Under the pieces are notes generated by a model. It made no database searches and had not been told where the DNA came from. It was given only the letters and a program-made list of their open reading frames with translations. From Chiloscyllium plagiosum (lineage: Eukaryota), in assembly GCF_004010195.1 (NCBI RefSeq), contig NC_057719.1, positions 20,366,362 to 20,430,361 of the forward strand: a stretch of 64,000 bases of DNA, in the 5' to 3' direction. The position numbers and the translations under genes are program-made. Every line of letters starts with the position of its first letter. Positions within the stretch are counted from its first letter, which is position 1. Positions 60,178 through 64,000 of the stretch are shown piece after piece.

Positions 60178-62612
60178 ACAGAATATACTTTACTGAATAT
60201 TGTTCAACTATTATTATTTTTATCAATACATTCTCTTGGTGACACCTCTTGCAGACATGTTTGTCTTGGACATGATATGTGCCTGATTTCACACATGCTA
60301 CAGGATGTACACTCCACTTAGTCCTTCTAACCTGCCATCCTGTAACTCTAAAAAATGACTTGTTGCTCTGAGAATAAGTATAGACTTGATGTGAAAACTT
60401 AACAAGCTTTTTTTTTCTCAGAACAAGGGAGAAATAAAGTCTCAAACAAAATTTAAATGCTCTCTTTCATCTTAAGTTTAAAATACTGATCAAACCTACT
60501 CACCAATCGCCTGCTTTCCCTGCTATCATAATGCAACTGGTCCTAGTGGTCTCAGTGCAGTTAGGTCCCTCAATCTGCTCCTTACTTCCTCTCTGACTCA
60601 AACTTCACTCCAGACACTATTTCCTGCAGAAGAGTGTAATTAAAGCATCTATTTTCCCCACTGCCTTGAGGTCCCTCTTCAACCCAAATTTCTAGTTACT
60701 CACTCTGTCTTAGTCTCACTCTGGCAAAATCTCTCTCACTCTGACTGTATAATTTACTTGATGATTTAGATGATATTTATTCAGTAACTTTATCAATGTT
60801 AATTGTGAAAATGTAGCCTCAGGGAAAAAAAAGAATGTAAATCTGATCACAAGTTGTCAAATTTAGTGCAAAAATACAATAATGTTTATGCAGTCAAAAA
60901 GAATCAACGAATCTTACTCATTGAAATCATTCTGAGAAAGCTTCCATTACTACTTGCTTTGGAAATCTTTCAGCTAGCTTAGAAAAACAAAAAGTTGATT
61001 CTCTGAAAACATAATTCTGGTAAAGAAAAAGAAATCTTTTCATTGAAAACAGCATTTAGACCAACAGAAACTTTAGAAAAGCAAAGAACTGCAGACAATG
61101 GAAAACCTCAGTTGATCGGTGAAGAGAAAGCAAAGTTAGGGTTTCACCTCTCAGGTGATCCACCTTTCAGTTTAGTAATATAACGACAGAGACACAACAA
61201 CATTAGTTAAGAAAAGACAATAAATGAGTGTAATACAAGGAGATCAAAATCTTAGCAATTGTTATTTAAATCAAGGAAATAATTAACAATCTCAAGTGTC
61301 TACCAATGATCAGACATTGCACAATGATCAGAATTTATTGATACTGATCTTTCCACCAGAGAAATTCAAGTAATAAGATTTGTTTCAAAGATCAGAAAAT
61401 AGGTAAATTTGAAAAACACAGTTTTTAAATGTTCTAATGGCTGCATCAAATTAAGTGCTAAACAGGTTCGTACACATTTCTACTACAAGAGAAGAACATC
61501 ATGTGCTTTACAGACAACAGATCAAGAAGAAACAAATTACTTTCAACAACTTCTGAACAACTTTTAATCAATGCTTTACTTCAAGGACAAATAAGACACT
61601 GGCAAGATTTTCCTTTAACAGCAGAAAGCATTTCCCCACAGAGTCTGGAGATTTCCTTTTTTTAATGACTTGTGGGCATCATCCGAAACTTGCAACACGA
61701 GCTCATTTGTACAAGAATTATTGCTGGTCTCTGACACAAACCAGTCACTTAAGTTCTTCAGTCAAAAGGGGACCCAACTCTAGAATAAGAAGTCTAAATG
61801 GCAGTAGATACAGACTCTAGAAGATTTTTCAAGCAGCAGAGTACAAAAGAAGTTCCAATTAACACAAAACATCCTATAGAGACGTTTGACTGTCAAAAGC
61901 AAATTGTAGCATTCAACCAGGGGAGATATCTCATTCTATCAGAACATACTTGGAAATTCCAATATGAAATCTCAAGCCATCTAATACTATGGTATCTTGT
62001 TATTGACATGGTTCCAAATCCCACATCAGAAAAGACAAATCTGTTGAGTCTTACTCCAACAATATATTCTTTGTAAGGAAATGGGCCACTTTTCTCAAAG
62101 AGGGACAAGAGTCCAAAGACAATATAAAGTATGCAAACAAATTCTTTCCACATTGACATGTACATTCATACTTTGGAACAAAACCTTGAAGAACAGGTCA
62201 CTACTACAATGGAACACGTTTCTTTTTATGACAGTCAGCTACTTATGCATGAACAGCATTGCACTTGAAATGGCTCCTCAGAGGTCGTTATCCAATCACC
62301 AAGTCACCCTTTATTTACATGTGGAGAGTCCTTGACACTGATCTAGCTCCCTCAGAGCCAGTTCTCAAAGTGAACAGAAGATCTAATGCTCCTGTTCCTA
62401 TCTGTCAGCCAAGTCTCCCTGATTGGATCAGATTAACAGCCCCAATCCGGGAACTCATATTCTATGAGGGCTACCTGGCTGACCTCAATACAACCACTAC
62501 AGTACTCTTCCAGATAGCACTGATCTTGAAGCTATTAACAGTGAAGAAAAAAAATCTAATCTTACCAGATATTCCAGCAGTTACATCTACAGAGAACCCT
62601 TCAGCTAGTTGA
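60178..62612 (+). pseudogene. Decayed type-I membrane glycoprotein gene, viral env/fusion-protein-like
   Basis: Signal-like LLNIVQLLLFLSIHSLG, basic RKR/NLF site, helical segments and N-glycosylation sequons, then a TM plus KKK tail restored by removing the LTR; many stops and frameshifts. Confidence 0.5.
62266..62501 (-). mobile_element. Solo LTR (236 bp, Gypsy-like)
   Basis: Reverse complement starts TGTAGT and ends TTTCA, with CCAAT and AATAAA; 5-bp TSD gcact/gtact at 62261-62265 and 62502-62506. Confidence 0.85.
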
Positions 62613-62764
62613 ATGATTCAGCTGTGCGCTCAAGATGAAGATCAATTCAATCACTGATCTACTAGAAACCAGCAGAGAAAAAGGAAATTCACAAAATTTG
62701 CCTGGTGTGTTTCTATACCTCATCATAGACACTCCTACCCACCCATGTATAGAGATTCAGTCAG

Positions 62765-63080
62765 TTGTCATTATAGTGTTAACGTCAATAGAATACTAAT
62801 CCAGAGAATCAGGCTAAAGTTCTGGGGAATTACTTCAAATCTCAATATGGCAGATGATGAAATTTGAATTCAATTAAAATATGGTTAAAAACGTCAGTCA
62901 AATAGTAACTATTTAATGACAGTTCATTTTCATAAAAACCTCTCCAGTTCACTGATGCAGTTTAAATAAATAAATCTGCTTTCCTTATCTGGCCTGGCTT
63001 CTCAATATCTCCAAAACCACTGCAATTGGACAATTAAGGTTGGAAGCAGTTGCTGATCTAGCCAGTATCACCAATAAATG
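62765..63080 (+). mobile_element. SINE family B, old copy
   Basis: ctaatccagag...tggcagatgatgaaatttgaattcaa...gttcactgatg...ctagccagt. Confidence 0.65.
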
Positions 63081-63209
63081 TATAATAGTTTAAAAGTCAA
63101 AGCTTTGAGCAGAGTTGGGAGACAATAGGGAAAAATGTTTGCAGTGGGAGCACTGAGAACGAGGACCGGAGGCTGCTGGGAAGTTAAATTAATCCTATAA
63201 AAAGCTTAC

Positions 63210-64000
63210 CTCATGAATAGGCAGAGCAGGAATGGTTGTTGCAGGTTCTGGGGTTTAGATGTTTCAGTAAGAACAGGGAAGGTGGTAAAAGAGGGGGAGG
63301 TGTGGCATTGTTAGTCAAGGACAGTATTATGGTGACAGAAAGGACATTTGATGAGGACTTGTCTACTGAGGTAGTGTGGGCTGAGGTTAGAAACAGGAAA
63401 GGAGAGGTCACCCTTTTAGGAGTTTTCTAAAAGTTCCAGAGATGTAAAGGAAAAGATTGCAAAGATAATTCTGGACAGGAGTGGAAGTTACAGGGCAGTT
63501 GTTATGTGGGGGCCTTTAACTTTCCTAACATTGACTGGAAATGTTATAGTTGAGTACCTTAGATGGGTCAGTTTTTGTCCAATGTGTGCAGGAGGGTTTC
63601 CTGACACAGTATGTAGACAGCCAACAAGAGGCGAGGCTACATTGGATTTGGTACTGGGTAATAAACTGGGCCAGGTATTAGATTTGGAGATAGGTGAGCG
63701 CTTTGGTGATAGTGACCAAAATTTGGTTAAGTTTGCTTTAGCGATGGAAAGGAACAGGTATATACTGTAGGGTAAGAGTTATCGCTGGGGAAAGGCAATT
63801 ATGATGCAATTAGGCAAGATGTAGGATGCATAGGATGGGGAAGGAAACTGCAGGGGTTAGGTACAATTGAAATATGGAACTTATTCAAGGAACAGCTATT
63901 GCATGTCATTGATAAGTACGTACCTGTCAGGAAGGGAGGAAGTGGCTGAGTGAGGGAATCATGGTTTACTAAAGAAGTTGAAGCTCCTGTCAAGTGGAAG
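63210..64000 (+). mobile_element. CR1 LINE ORF2 endonuclease region (continues beyond the window)
   Basis: RGGGVALLVKDS, EVVWAEVRN, PTRGEATLDLVLGN, FGDSDQ. Confidence 0.92.

Noticed and set aside
62635..62760. Short ORF after the env-like stop as the start of a viral L gene
   Set aside because: Too short and the resemblance too weak to support.

Overview
Vertebrate genomic DNA, most likely from an elasmobranch (shark), judged from HE1-like V-SINEs, HER1/CR1 LINE tails and DeuSINE (SacSINE1-like) copies. The window is intronic or intergenic and very repeat-rich, and I can recognise no intact host protein-coding gene. Nearly all ORFs in the track are fragments or antisense shadows of CR1 LINEs and Penelope-like elements (PLEs). 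Contents: about 20 CR1/HER1 fragments, a second old LINE family, at least four PLE subfamilies carrying minimal hammerhead ribozymes (often as short fold-back insertions with 11-17 bp TSDs), four SINE families, several solo LTRs, two Tigger/pogo-type MITEs, tandem repeats and two assembly gaps. The main findings are: (1) a decayed type-I membrane glycoprotein gene at about 60.2-62.6 kb resembling a viral env/fusion protein, whose TM anchor is restored in frame when a solo LTR is excised; (2) the hammerhead-ribozyme PLEs, whose fold-back junctions cluster at the ribozyme, including one insertion that copied its neighbour plus host DNA; (3) an unexplained Kozak-initiated ORF with 14-aa W/C/H repeats at 8.84 kb. 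Family names come from motif recognition, not database searches, and the boundaries of old repeats are approximate.
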